DNA of 64,000 nt. It comes from Octopus bimaculoides (Eukaryota). The stretch is taken from the NCBI RefSeq assembly GCF_001194135.2, contig NC_068983.1:142902264-142966263 (forward strand), read 5' to 3'. Shown here in pieces: positions 1-12,089 of this stretch. Below the pieces are notes generated by a model, which was given only the letters and a program-made list of their open reading frames with translations, had not been told where the DNA came from and did no database searches. Position 1 is the stretch's first letter. Each line of letters begins with the position of its first letter. The position numbers were made by a program, and so were the translations under genes.

Positions 1-800
1 AACTTGTGCTAATTCAATCAGTTGACTATCATTAGCAGTCTCAGTTTCTAGTTCAGCAACTTTTACATCACTTAGAAGAAGTGCTGGCAACAAATCAATT
101 TCATAGATCAGATAACCTGTCCCATGAGTAAGAAACTGGTTTTACGTTGTACAACTAAGTATATCACCAATTTTCATTTTTTTTTCTCCTTTACATATTT
201 TAAAGTGCAATTATAATATCTCCTAAGAATGACAAAGTATACATCATTTTCTGCAACCTCAGAAACCTTGTAAATGGGTTTATTCAGGATGTTCCAATGA
301 TCTATGATCTGTCTCCTCTAAGAATGACATACTATACACATACATGTGAAAGTGCTCAGCATCAAAAATTACCACTGTTTAATTGTTTTTTTATTTTTTT
401 ATATATAACTTCATATTTACTCAGTCTGAATAAATGACACATGCATATGTAATTGGATGGCCTGCTTGTAGAACAGCATCAGTTGTGGGTTTGTTGCATC
501 CACTGATATTGGCATAGATTTTGTTATATCAGGCCAATATTGTGGATGTACTAACTGCAATCCTGTCATAAGTGCACTACTAAGTGGCAATGGGACATGG
601 CCCACATGTGTCAGTTTAATGATTTGACAGACATAGTTTTGTAGTTTTGGACACACTAGTCTTTCATCTAGACAACATTTCTTTAATATGCAAATTCAAG
701 GAAACGGATAAACTATACCCACTGTATATACAAGGAGTTGAGAAAGTGAACAGGAACCCATGCTGTTGAATATGTTAGTATTCTCATATGTTCGAAAAAA
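1..800 (-). other. Unidentified coding-like sequence (short-intron exons or decayed ORF)
   Basis: Minus-strand stop-free blocks: 680-421 (KCCLDERLVCPKLQNY...HPQYWPDITKSMP...LHMHVSFIQT), ~315-240 (RQIIDHWNILNKPIYKVSEVAEND) and ~135-1 (FLTHGTGYLIYEIDLLPALLLSDVKVAELE...). They are separated by AT-rich stretches with possible GT..AG ends (e.g. 420-316). No family recognised. Confidence 0.3.
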
Positions 801-811
801 GAAAAAACAAG

Positions 812-985
812 CTAGTCTTCACATGTCCTCAGCATTCAGGGCCCCATGTCACACTACCGTGTAGCATTACTGTTAATCTGCAAGCATCTTACCTCTGCCT
901 TTCTCTGTGAGAGAGAAACCTCTGACAGCAAAAGGGCTAACATCTCTCTGTGGTTTCTCTAGCCTGTTCTTATTTTAGAAATCAT
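812..985 (-). mobile_element. Old RTE-clade LINE fragment (RT C-terminal region)
   Basis: Degenerate translation SKIRTG..REMLALL..GFSL.EKGR..VMLHGSVTW..AEDM, homologous to the RTE text at 1276-1445 but more diverged. Confidence 0.6.
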
Positions 986-989
986 ACTT

Positions 990-2378
990 TCAGGAAAACC
1001 TCCACCCTGCTTGATCTGTAGAAAAGGCATAGGTAGAAACCCTATAAGATGTACCCAGTGTAAGCTATGGACACATAAGAGGTGCAGCAATATCAAAAAA
1101 AGGCTAACTGGGAAGATAGTTTTTGTGTGTGGCAGATGCTCAGGAGCAATAAACACTGCAAATGTGCAGAGAACAACTTCTGTCACATTCCAGAGAGAAA
1201 AAACTAGAAGTAGTCGATAGCTTCTGTTACCTAGGTGACCAAGTCAGTAGCAGGGGTGGGTGCACTGAAAGTGTAGCTGCTAGAATAAGAATAGCCTGGG
1301 AAAAGTTTAGAGAGCGCTTACCTCTGCTGGTGACAAAGGGCTTCTTGCTCAGAGTAAAAGGTAGACTGTATGGCACATGTGTACGAACAGCCATGCTACA
1401 TGGTAGTGAAACATGAGCCATGACTGCTGAGGACAAGCGTAAGCTTGCATGGAATGAAGCCAGTATGCTCCGCTGGATGTGTAATGTCAGTGTGCATACT
1501 CGATAGAGTGTAAGTACCTTGAGAGAAAAGTTGGACCTAAGAAGCATCAGATGTGGTGTGCAAGAGAGATGACTACGCTGGTATAGTCATGTGGTGAGAA
1601 TGGATGAGAATAGCTGTGTAAAAAAGTACCACACCCTAGCAGTTGAGGGAACCTGTGGAAGAGGTAGACCAGGAAGACCTGGGATGAGGTGGTGAAGCAC
1701 GACCTTCAAACATTTGGCCTCAGCGAGGCAATGACTTGTGACTGAGACCTTTGGAAATATGCTGTGCTTGAGAAGACCTGGCAAGCCAAGTGAGACCATA
1801 ACCTGTGGCCAATGCCAGGAGTGTAACCAGCCCACTTATGCATACTTTCCTTCATTGGACAATAAACTCTGCTTGCAAAGACCTGTTGAGGCAAGTGAAA
1901 TCAAAATCAAATTCGATGACTGGCCTCCATGCTAGTGGAGAGCTAAGAGCACCATCCGAGCGTGATCATTGCCAGAGCAGCTGACTGGCTACCTTGCCAG
2001 TGGCACATAAAAAGCACCATTCGAGCGTGATCATTACCAGCGTTGCTTTACTGGTACTTGTGCTGGTGGCACATGAAAAAATATTCAAGTGAGGTTATTG
2101 CCAGTGCCACTGGATTGGCAGGTGGCACGTAAAAAACACCATTTGAGCATGGCTATTGCCAGTACTGCCTAACTGGCCCTCGTGCCGGTGGCACATAAAA
2201 GCACCCACTACACTCTCGGAGTGGTTGGCGTTAGGAAAGGCATCAAGCTGTAGAAACTCTGCCAGATCAGATTAGAGCCTGGTGCAGCCATCTGGTTCAC
2301 CAGTCTTCAGTCAAATTGTCCAACCCATGCCAGCATGGAAAGCAGACGTTAAATGACAATGATGATGATGATGATGAT
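990..2378 (+). mobile_element. 5'-truncated RTE-clade LINE (RT C-terminus with Cys/His Zn-finger-like insert, 3' UTR, (GAT)n tail)
   Basis: CRKGIGRNPIRCTQCKLWTHKRCS...FVCGRC, then ARIRIAWEKFRERLPLL...MLHGSET...GRGRPGR with stops and frameshifts; family 3' tail at 2200-2350 and (GAT)n at 2359-2378. Confidence 0.9.
1945..2205 (+). repeat. Degenerate ~55-70 bp tandem array of hairpin-bearing units in the RTE 3' UTR
   Basis: Repeated TGGCACRTAAAAAGCACCATTYGAGCGTG..TTRCCAG motif; each unit has an inverted pair such as GCCAG..CTGGC or TACCAG..CTGGTA. Confidence 0.8.
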
Positions 2379-2639
2379 GTTCTTATATAGAATTTTATAC
2401 TTGAATCTATCAAACCTACTGCAGTGAACTACTGATTAGCCTGATGGAACCCTACATCTAAAAGTGCTGTTATTCACAAATGAGTGCAGTAAAAAAATTC
2501 TAATATATGTGAACAAGTGTGAGGGACAAAAGAGAGAGTAGGCAAAATGCATTTTTAAGATTTTCATCTCAAAGGTCTTGAATTCTAATTCAATGTATAA
2601 CTTAATTTTATGTGCCTCATTCTATCTAGCTGAGGATAT

Positions 2640-3100
2640 TAGTTAAATGTCACTTATGATGGATTGCTGTACTAAACATATGGAGTTCTCTTTCATCTAT
2701 TTAATATCATAAACTGGGGCTGGTGGAATTAGATTGCAGGAACAGTAACTGGACTGCATCCTGATTTTCCCGTCCCAAGGTTACAAGTCTTTCATTTGAG
2801 ATGTAACCTGCAGTGTTACTTTCTCTAGTAACATTCTAGTGAAATCAGCATCAACCCAGGATTTGTCACCGAATGGGTGACATATCACAAGCTAATGAAG
2901 TACTAATCGCTCTTCTTTAGGTTTCTATTCCAAACTATAGTGGTGGAGATGCTTGATTTCTTTAACCCCTGATACAGTTTCATCAAGTCAGATTGCCATC
3001 TGCAGGAATAGCTCTGCAAGGTAAAATAGCTTTTTCACTCCAACTCTTGCCATTTGTTTACCAGGACTACAACCCATTTGCATGATTTTCAGTAATATAT
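2640..3100 (-). pseudogene. Unidentified decayed ORF
   Basis: Protein-like blocks across two frameshifts and several stops: KIMQMGCSPGKQMARVGVKKLFYLAELFLQ / WQSDLMKLYQGLKK / PKEERLVLH*LVICHPFGDKSWVDADFTRMLLEK...PWDGKIRMQSSYCSCNLIPP. GC content is above the flanks. Confidence 0.3.
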
Positions 3101-3333
3101 TTCAATACTTATGAAAATTTACTACATCTATGTTTTTTTTTATAAAGTCTTATTCAAACACACCGACTCAGATTTATAGAAGTGATAATAGCATGAGTAT
3201 TAATAACAGGTAGAGAAAAAAGGTATCAGAGCCGGGCACTTCTCTATATCTGTCTACTTTCTTTCTTTCTTTCTTTTTTATCAAAATCCTTGAATTTTAA
3301 CTGGAATTTATTTGCTGTTGTCTTCATAATTTT

Positions 3334-4257
3334 CATCATCATCATCATCATCATTTAATGTCTGTTGTCCATGATGGCATGGGTTGGAAAGTTTGACCAG
3401 GGCTGGCAAAATAGAAGGCTGATTTGGCATGGTTTCTATGGCTGGATGCCCTTCCTAAAGCCAACCACTGTGAGTGTGTATTGGGTGCTTTTACGTACCA
3501 CTGGCATGGGTGCTATTTGCATGACACCAGTATCTGCTACAACTGTGATTTAGCTCAGCTTGACGGGTCTTCTTCTGAAGCACAACATAAGGCCAAAGGT
3601 CATTGCCTCCATGAGGTCCAACACTCAAAAGGAGCTCAGCTACTTTGCCTCTATGAGGCCCAACACTTGAAAGGTGCTTTTTATGTACCATTGGCATTGG
3701 GTGCCAGTTACGTGACACCAACATCAGCCATGACTACAATTTCACTTGGCTTGACGGGTCTTCTTAAGCATAGCATATTGCCAAAGATCTCAGACACCAG
3801 TCATTGCCACTGTGAAGCCCAAAGTTTGAAGATCATGCTTCACCACCTCATCCCATGTCTTCCTAGGTCTACTTCTACCACAGGTTCCCTCCACAGTTAG
3901 AGATTGGCACTTCTTTACACAGCTGTCCTCGTCCATATGCATCATATAACCATAATAGTACAGTTGTCTCTCTTGCACACCACATCTGATGCCTCTTATG
4001 CCTATCTTTTCTCTCAAGATGTTTACACTCTGTCGAACATGCACACTGACATTGCACATCCAGCAAAGTATACTGGCTTCATTTCTTTCAAGCTTACGCA
4101 TGTCCTCGGCTGTCACAGCCCATGTTTCACTGGTATGCAGCATAGCTGTTCGCACACAAGTGCCATACAATCTGCCTTTCACTCTGAGAGAAAGGCCCTT
4201 TGTTGCCAGTAGAGGTAGGAGCTCTCTGAACTTTGCCCAGCCTTTTCTTATTCTCAC
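3334..4257 (-). mobile_element. 5'-truncated RTE-clade LINE
   Basis: ORF 3790-4257 (RIRKGWAKFRELLPLL...MLHTSETW...GRSRPRKTWDEVVKHDL); 3' UTR has an internal duplication (CTTGACGGGTCTTCT at ~3559 and ~3750); (CAT)n tail at 3334-3355. Confidence 0.9.
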
Positions 4258-4271
4258 AACTTATATTTAAA

Positions 4272-4338
4272 ATGCAAAAGAAAAGGCAAGAAACATGCTT
4301 CATAGCTCTAAAACTACTTTCTGCAGTGACAGAAGTGG
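4272..4338 (+). CDS. Candidate signal-peptide exon of an upstream WSC gene (gene A)
   Basis: ATG at 4272 gives MQKKRQETCFIALKLLSAVTE(V): basic N-region then hydrophobic stretch. Donors at GAA|GTGGGT (4335) or G|GTAATA (4339); strong polypyrimidine-CAG acceptor at 4410. Could be chance. Confidence 0.2.
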
Positions 4339-5335
4339 GTAATAACATACATTTTTAATATGGAGTTAAGCCTTGTTTTTTTTTCTTCTTTTTTTTTTCT
4401 TTTCCTGCAGCTTCTTTATCTTGATAGTGTCATAGGGAGCTTTGACAGGATTAGAGCACAGCAACAATGCTAAAATAGAAACCTTAGAATTTTTTTAGTT
4501 TTAATTTTTTTTTTAAGTGACAGGAACTAGGATTGAACATCAATACATATTCAGATCTTTTAAACCAAATGCTGTGTAAATATGAGAACATAAAATGTGC
4601 ATGAAAGTAAATAAAATGTAGAGGATATTTCATTAGCTTGATGTCCTTGGTAGTACACTAGGCATAATTTTATTTTGATTTAGTGATAGGTAAATTAAGA
4701 TTGTATTGCAAATATTTGTTTACAGTTGTTTATATCTTGATTAGATTAATATCTAAAAATCATTATCTTAGTGTTGTGCTAATCTAAATGTCTTAGTTAA
4801 CTTGTCCTTAATCTATTTATAATAAGCTATTATTGGAGCCTTTGTTCTTAATCAATTGACATAATGAGTTTGTGATGGAAACAAAGCAACACAATTAATT
4901 ACTGAAGTTGATTTTATATTTAGGTACAAACCATAACATTTCTATGGATGTTCTGACATTCATATGTTAGCCAAGGGTACAAAAAAAAAATACGCAAGTG
5001 AATTGAAATTAAAAATTGAAAATCAGTGAAAAAAAATATTAGTTTCCTTTGATCAAATTCAGGATCCTATTTTATAGAGGACGGGAATATTTAATATTGT
5101 GGCTGCCCTATTTTTGCCAAGAATACAAGCAACCTAAGTCAGCTTGTTGATTCTTGGTGAAAAGAGTTTCCATAAACAATTACTTCAAAATTTAATAACA
5201 GAATTGGTTTTGTATTTTAGTTTTATACATATTTAATAATTAATTGATGAATATAAGAAATTGCAGTTTCTCATGTTCATTTGCGGTACTGTGTTCTTGA
5301 ACAAAACTCTTATCTATCTATTTCCAGCTGTTTAG

Positions 5336-5358
5336 CTAGAAAAAATGTAATAACAACA
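5336..5358 (+). CDS. Candidate 23-nt micro-exon (gene A)
   Basis: TTTAG acceptor, xRKNVITT open in phase 1 to 0, strong GTGAGT donor at 5359. Confidence 0.15.
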
Positions 5359-5899
5359 GTGAGTCCCAAAGGGATAAATTATTATCAATTTAGTGTTTTA
5401 ACTTTCTAATTTTGAATTGTAGCAAGGCCTTTTATCTATAGTGGCATCACATAATTTAAAAACAAGAGTAGTATTCTGATGGTCAAATGCTAATTATTTG
5501 TCTTTATCTAACCACTTATGAATCAAACTGTACATGAGCAGAAAATCTTTTTTTTCTTTTAAATAATACAAACTTAAGCATAAACATTTTAAATAGTGTC
5601 ATGCAAGGGACCGCATCAATAACACTACAAAAACGAATACCATTTAATTTAAGAACATTTAAAGCATGTTATTTTTTTAACAAGATGCAATGTAAGCTAA
5701 AGTTTGAGAAGAATAAAATGTGGATTTAATGCTTGGTTGAGTTTCTGAAATTTCTCAAAATGGAATGACATCTACATGAGATTGAAACTAAGTTTTATCT
5801 CTTATCTAATAATTCTTCCCATTTTCTGACTATATAATCATGTAATTCACTGAATTTTAATTTCTATTCTCTGACTATTGAACCAAGTATCTCCTTTAC

Positions 5900-6482
5900 A
5901 TCAGCACACTTGTTTCTGGCCTCTTTCTTGTACCCCCCCCTCTCTCTCTCTCACTGGGTAACTATGTACCTTCTCTATAGTGAGACACCTATTTCTGTCT
6001 CTCTATTTCTCTGTCACACTCTAACCTTTCATCTTCTACTACTGAATCACCTCCTCTGTTGTGGCAAGACATCTGCTTCTGTCTCTTTGTCACATTCTAA
6101 CCTTTCGTCCTCTGACACAAGTTCCCCTTCTCAAATACCCTTGCCCCTCTCATAATTCCTTGTTTTGTGAGTTACTTGCTTACCCTGCCAGTGCTGGTGC
6201 CATGTTAAAAGCATCCAGTCCACACTAATGTGGTTGGCATTTAGAAGGGCATCCAGCTGTAAAAATCATGTCAAAACTAACCTCGCCTGTGCTAATGCCA
6301 CGTAAAAAGCTCTGAGTCCATTCTGCCGAGTGGTTGGTGTTTGGAAGGGCATCTAGCCGTAAAATCCCTGCCAAAACAGATACAGTAGCCTAGGGTAGTT
6401 ATTCTACCTGGCCAGCTCTTCTCATCCGTCCTATCCATGCATGCATGGAAGATGGACATTAAATGATGATGATGATGATTAT
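5900..6482 (+). mobile_element. SINE-like repeat with CT-rich body and RTE-type 3' tail
   Basis: Two copies of GTGGTTGG..T.GAAGGGCATC.AGC.GTAAAA (6223, 6330); tail CATGCA..GCATGGAAGATGGACATTAAA(TGA)n. Confidence 0.7.
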
Positions 6483-6699
6483 GACTTCTGCTTTTTCATG
6501 AATACCTTTATAATTGCTGCACTATGATTTAGTTCAATGCGGCTGAATTATTAAAACATTGAATAGGTTGCAATATTTGTTCAAGCTCTTTGTGCTCTTA
6601 ATTTAAATCCTGTGAAGGCCAACTTTGTTTTTTATACATTCAGAGTAAAAAAAAGAAAAAAATGAGTCTGGTGTAGGTGTAGCCCTCTCTTCTTCCAGT

Positions 6700-7480
6700 T
6701 GCCCCATCTTGACTGTTCTACTGGTTTTAAGCCTAAGAGGTTCATGAAAATGTCAGTGTGTCCTTGTGTCCTTATTGGCAAAAGTTGATGCTTCTGTTAC
6801 TCATTGTCATAGCATTCTTTGACTGTGCAGGTTGGCTGTATATAATGCTTTGTGTTATTGTTATATTGAGAAATTGCTGACCTTCCCAAATGACTCCTGG
6901 TCTCTGGAAGCATAGACTTCTCCATAATTTCTGAATAGAAAATTATGTTAAGTGTTCATGATGCCCTTGATCTGATGATGCATGGGAACATACCACACCA
7001 TGCTTAACTATTGGGTTTCATACACTTTGGGTAGAATTATTCTTCTGTATGACACTGGAGATGCAGACAACCATTGAAGCCAAGCCAATTAAATTTCAAA
7101 TCATCAGTCTGACAATGTCTGAGCAAATGGACAGTGGACATACCTGCTTTTCAGAGAAATAAATGACTTTTTATGTGAAACATGTTCCACAAGCCAAAAC
7201 ATCTTATGTCAATTTTGATGGTAGTCATTTCTTTTATTCTTCATCAGCAAACAGATGTACATCAGTCCTTTCTTTCATAAATTTTTCACAACTATCCTGA
7301 TGAAGGATGGTCACCAGTTTCATTGAAGATGTTCTCAATATAGTGATCACCAATTGTTGAAGAACCAACTTCTGCACTGTAGCTCAAAAAATGTATTTCA
7401 GTCTGTATAGTTGGACAGTTCTTAATTGCAACTCTGATCTGTTTTATTGTCTAAAGATGGAAGTGGAACACAATGGCTCC
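6700..7480 (-). mobile_element. Decayed Tc1-family transposase relic
   Basis: Degenerate translation DDLKFNWLG...YPKCMKP..KHG resembles Tc1 DESKFNLFG...PTVKHG; many stops; no TIR recognised. Confidence 0.6.
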
Positions 7481-8436
7481 AAGAAAAGAAATTAACAAAA
7501 TACTGGAGCAGGGGTAAGATTACTATTATGATCTGATCCTGTAATTATGAGATTGAGGATCTAAGGAAATTAAAGGAGTAATTGAGAATGTTGTGCTTGT
7601 ATTAGAAATTTAGTTGGGACAGTTTGTGTGATTGTGTGTAGATGAAGAATGCATGTGTCCCCTGCCATTTTTAGATTAGTAATAAATTTCGTCATTCACA
7701 TTGTCAATATGCCTAATGTGATGTATGTTTGTGTTTGTTTCTTTCTCTGCAACTGTGTGACTCCTTCGTTCCCGTCTATCTTGACTGCCTGACCATCTGC
7801 CTGTTGTTCACTACTCTTAAGCTGTGTTTAGCTTAGACTGATTAGTATTCAATAATTTTTGATCCATCGGTTTTTTGCTGATGTCAGTCAATGAGTTTGT
7901 TGTGTAACTGTTGAATGTCATTGGTTTTTCTCATGATATCAATTGTCAATTTGAAAGAGCCTGCTTGTGTTTACAAAAGCCTTATTGCAAAGAAAACAGT
8001 CAGGAGTTCAAATTGAGGCAGAGACTTGTTGCAAAATAACCAAGTAATTATTTAGTTCATCTTACTCTGGTAAAATGTAATAGTGAATATTAAAATTAAA
8101 ATACTTCTTTTCTACAATGTTCCAAAATTTACTTTGATTTTTCTAGCTTATTAATACTGGCACCATATTAATTATAATTTTCACGTTTAGATTAATCAAA
8201 AATTTTCTCTTGATTTATTTCTAGTTTGAATTGTGATTGATTGAATGGAAATAACATTTAATAATCAATGTACTCTTGTCTTTAAATTAAATGATGCTGC
8301 TGGACATATCTTATATTGAAATTTAATTAAACTTAAAATAATACAATCAATTTTTAATTGTATTAGTAGGAATATACTACTAGTGAGTAATACTAAATCT
8401 TATTTAAAATTGTTTTCTCTATGTACATATTTCCAG

Positions 8437-8482
8437 ATTTATAGTGAAATGAGATTGTGTGATGTTCAGGCTTTTCTCAAGA
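8437..8482 (+). CDS. Candidate exon preceding the WSC exon (gene A)
   Basis: TTTCCAG acceptor, IYSEMRLCDVQAFLK open from phase 0; weak donor A|GTATTA gives phase 1, compatible with 13922. Confidence 0.15.
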
Positions 8483-9156
8483 GTATTATTGATGTGAATT
8501 GGTATAGCGCCAAGTGGAAATAAAGTCTAAGTTGTTAATTTAACTCACCAGGAGCTTACTTCTATTTCACAGCATGCTTTTTTTTTGTTTTCTTTAATAG
8601 CTTCTGTTTTGTTTGTTATCTATACAGTATAACCAATTATTCTTCTGACATTGAAGTATAATGGAAATAGTTTCATAGTTTTGGTATTTTTATATTCTTT
8701 AATGTGTCACATTCTTTATTGACTTCCTTTAAGTTTTTTATATCATTATTTGTCAAAACTACTTGGAGTAGTACTAAACAAATGGTATATTGCTAGAAAG
8801 GTTCATAAAATAGAATGTTTGTAAGCTATGAAGAGATGAAAATTGAAACATTTTGGTAAAGACAAAACTGTTCATTTTTTCCCCTTCCATTGAAGAATCA
8901 GGCCAAAAAATTAGAATTTCTGTTTATGTCACACGGAGTGATTTTTGAAGATCATATCCCATCACTAGTTCTCACTTGACTTTGGTGCTATTCTTTCTCT
9001 TTTTCTATTATTATTCTGCTAATTTACTGTTTGACAATCCTAGTCTGGTATTAATGGTTATTTTACATTTATTACTTGTCAGCTGTCTAAATTGTACACT
9101 TCTTTTATATTGCCAACAATTGCTACTTATAGCTTGAACTCTATAGTTGGCTTATA

Positions 9157-9194
9157 TGTGTGTGTGTGTGTGTATACATATATATATATATAAT

Positions 9195-9241
<47 letters not shown>

Positions 9242-9310
9242 GTGTGTGTATGTGTTCATACATACATACATACATGAGTAAGTGAATGAATTAATGAATG
9301 AATGAAAATC
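9157..9310. repeat. Compound (TG)n/(TA)n/(CATA)n/(TGAA)n microsatellite
   Basis: Direct reading. Confidence 0.95.
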
Positions 9311-10013
9311 TAGGAGACTGCAATTAATATAAATTAAAGGGTGAGAAAGTCTTTATTTTTTACATTAGGATTAAGTAGGATTTTATTATTTATAATGTTA
9401 AAGGAATCTAGGTCATGCTAGGCAATCTTCATTCAGCTAAGGAGCTTAGGGTGCAACCATTCATTCTAGTGGAAGAGTAACTTATTCTATGCTTAATCAG
9501 TAGTTAAGCATATATTGTAAAGATTATTTACTTGTACACTTAGAATATTTTTAAATATCTTAATTATTCCTTGTGTGAAAAGAATATTGTTTTCCATATT
9601 ATGTATACATTTTCCTGAATATATATTTCCAGTATCTTAGATTTAAAACTGACTTCGAATAAAAGTATTGCTGTTGACATTACTTACTTTTTGATAATAA
9701 GTTTGTTCGGGTTTTAAAAATGATGGGACACAACATTCACTAGCACACGCACACACGCACGCACAAAATATCTACATACTAAGTTATTAGAATATTTTAT
9801 ATCACTTTCTCTTTCTCACCACTGTATTTTCTTGAACTTAGGAGGGAAAAAAGTTCAAGAAATCACAGTGATTAGAGAGAGAGAGTATTGATATAACTAA
9901 GCATATAATACCAGTTTTGATATAACCAGATTTTAGTGAAAAGCTATTATCTTACACCACATCAGTCGTCTCTCAACTTTGAACCGCATGAAAAAGAAGC
10001 TTTGATTGCTTAA

Positions 10014-12089
10014 CCTTCTTAAAATGGTTGATGTAAATTTATGCATGCAATGTATATGCTTTAAATCAGTCGACATAATTATTTGCTGCCTGACTTAAAA
10101 CCGCTTGCTTGAGTTAGTACCTATCTACTGATAAGGTGATTAGATGTTTCATGTAAATATTTAGGCTGGTCTTACCACTCTGGCTCTGTCAACTTCATTG
10201 TTGCATCCTGTTTTGTCGAATTTACGGTCGTTGCACCAAGCTACACCAAGCTTCACCATCTTACCAGTTGTTTCTTATGGTTTGGATGATGACTTGGGGA
10301 GTGAGTATTTTCTTAGTTCAGTGTCAGATGATTCCGATAGTGATGATGATATTCCAATGAATCAAAGGTACAGGTAGGCAGCAGTGGTGAGTGAGAGACA
10401 ATTTCATCCAACAGCATGGGTTTACTGGTACGCCTGGCATTAAGGCAAACCTTGAACATGGAAGTTTGCCTTTGGAAATCTTCCATGAGTTTTTGACAGA
10501 TGAAATGTTCCAATATATAACGGATGAAATGAATGACTATGCTGAAAGCCATCCCCAGTATGTCAGACCCACAGGGGATGAAATCAAAGTTCTGCTTGCC
10601 CTGCTGATACTGATGGGCATCATGAAGAAACCAACCCTGGCAACATATTGGAATTGGGATCCAGCCATGTTGACACCTTTCTTTCAGGAAACAATGCCAC
10701 ATGATTGATTTTTGGTACTTTGAAATCTACATTTCAACTCAGGTGAGAACCAGGACGACAGTCTGCACAAAATACATCCTATCATTGATGAAGTGGCTGA
10801 AAATTTCAGAACGGTGTATGTCACCACACAAGACATTTGTACGGACGAGAGTTTGTGGAAATTCAAGGGAAGGCTTTGATTCAAACAATACAACCTAACC
10901 AAACATGCCTGCTTTGGAGTCAAGGTTTATAAAGTATGCCAGTCAACTGGCAGAGCCTGTGGTTACATGTAGAATTACAAAATCTACACTAGTCAGGACA
11001 GATTGGATCTTCCAGTGTCTACTCTAGTGTCAACTGATGTCATGTTGTTGCTGAATGAAAACTTGTCTGACAAAGGCTACAATATTTATATAGACAATTG
11101 ATTTTCTAGCCCAGACCTCTTCCTGCAGCTTCAGGCAAGGAGGACTAATGCCTGTGGGTCTGTGAGGATGCACAGGAAAAACATGCTGCTCAATCTTCAC
11201 AGGATAAAACTTCAAAAGGGAGAAAGAGCATACCATTGAACCAATAGTGGCATTCTCGCTTTAGAGTGATGTGACAAGAGAAACATCTGCATGTTATCCC
11301 CAATGCATTCTACAAGCATGAAGGACACTAGGAAACAAGATGCGGATGTTTATGCCATAATGAAACCAATTGTAGTTGTTTCATACAATGAAGGGATGGG
11401 CAGGGTTGATCACTCAGATCAGCTGGTGGCAGCACACAAGTTGGTGTGAAAATTTGTGAAATGGTACAAAAAACTTTTCTTGTATATAGTTGACATGTGT
11501 GTCGTGAACTCACATTTGATTTGGCAGATGCATGGCAGTGTGGGGATGGACTGACATTCAGGAATCTATTGTTCCGTGAAATGATAGAAGCATCAGACCT
11601 GCCAAAGTACAGAATGTGTGGATGTCTCCACATCAGACTCTCTCCTCACCGCATGGTGAAGGGATGTGAACATTTTCCATGACTGTTTCCCTCATCGCCA
11701 AGAAGACAAATGCTTCAAAGAGATGCATAGTATGTAAAGCAAAAGGGAAATGTAAGAAAACTAGAGACCATTGTTCACAATGTGATATGCCACTGTGTGC
11801 GGTACCCTGTTTTGAAATCTACTTCACTCAAGTCAAGTTTTGAATTCACATGATTGTAAATACATGAAGTTGATCTGGCTTGTGCTGTTGAGTGATCTTA
11901 TTCAAGAATAATACCATGTGAGCATCCTGCCTAAGGATATAGTTTAGGTAAATAAATAGTACTTGCACTAAAGTGGTTGATGTCAATATATACCGAACCA
12001 TTGTCATGCCCTAATTACTGATCTCAGCTGAGATGGTTACCATCAATGCAACCTAGTTACTTGATAAAAAGAAAACCATTGTCATGGGG
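10014..12089 (+). mobile_element. Full-length fossil piggyBac (PGBD4-like) transposon
   Basis: TTAA at 10010-10013 and 12090-12093; right end AACCATTGTCATGGGG matches left end CCTTCTTAAAATGGTT at 11 of 16 positions as an inverted repeat; subterminal copy ACCATTGTCATG near 11998. Confidence 0.85.
10270..11843 (+). pseudogene. piggyBac transposase pseudogene (DDD triad and C-terminal Cys-rich domain)
   Basis: Acidic N-terminus, EIKVLLALLILMG, DESLWKFKGR, YIDN*FSS, MGRVDHSDQ, KRCIVC...CSQCDMPLCAVPCFEIY; multiple premature stops. Confidence 0.92.

Noticed and set aside
812-1450. Head-to-head RTE pieces as a twin-primed 5' inversion
   Set aside because: The inverted piece overlaps the same ORF region as the forward copy and is more diverged, so these are separate insertions.
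1945-2205. CRISPR-like repeat-spacer appearance
   Set aside because: Eukaryotic LINE 3' UTR; units are degenerate, spacers are related to each other and there are no cas genes.
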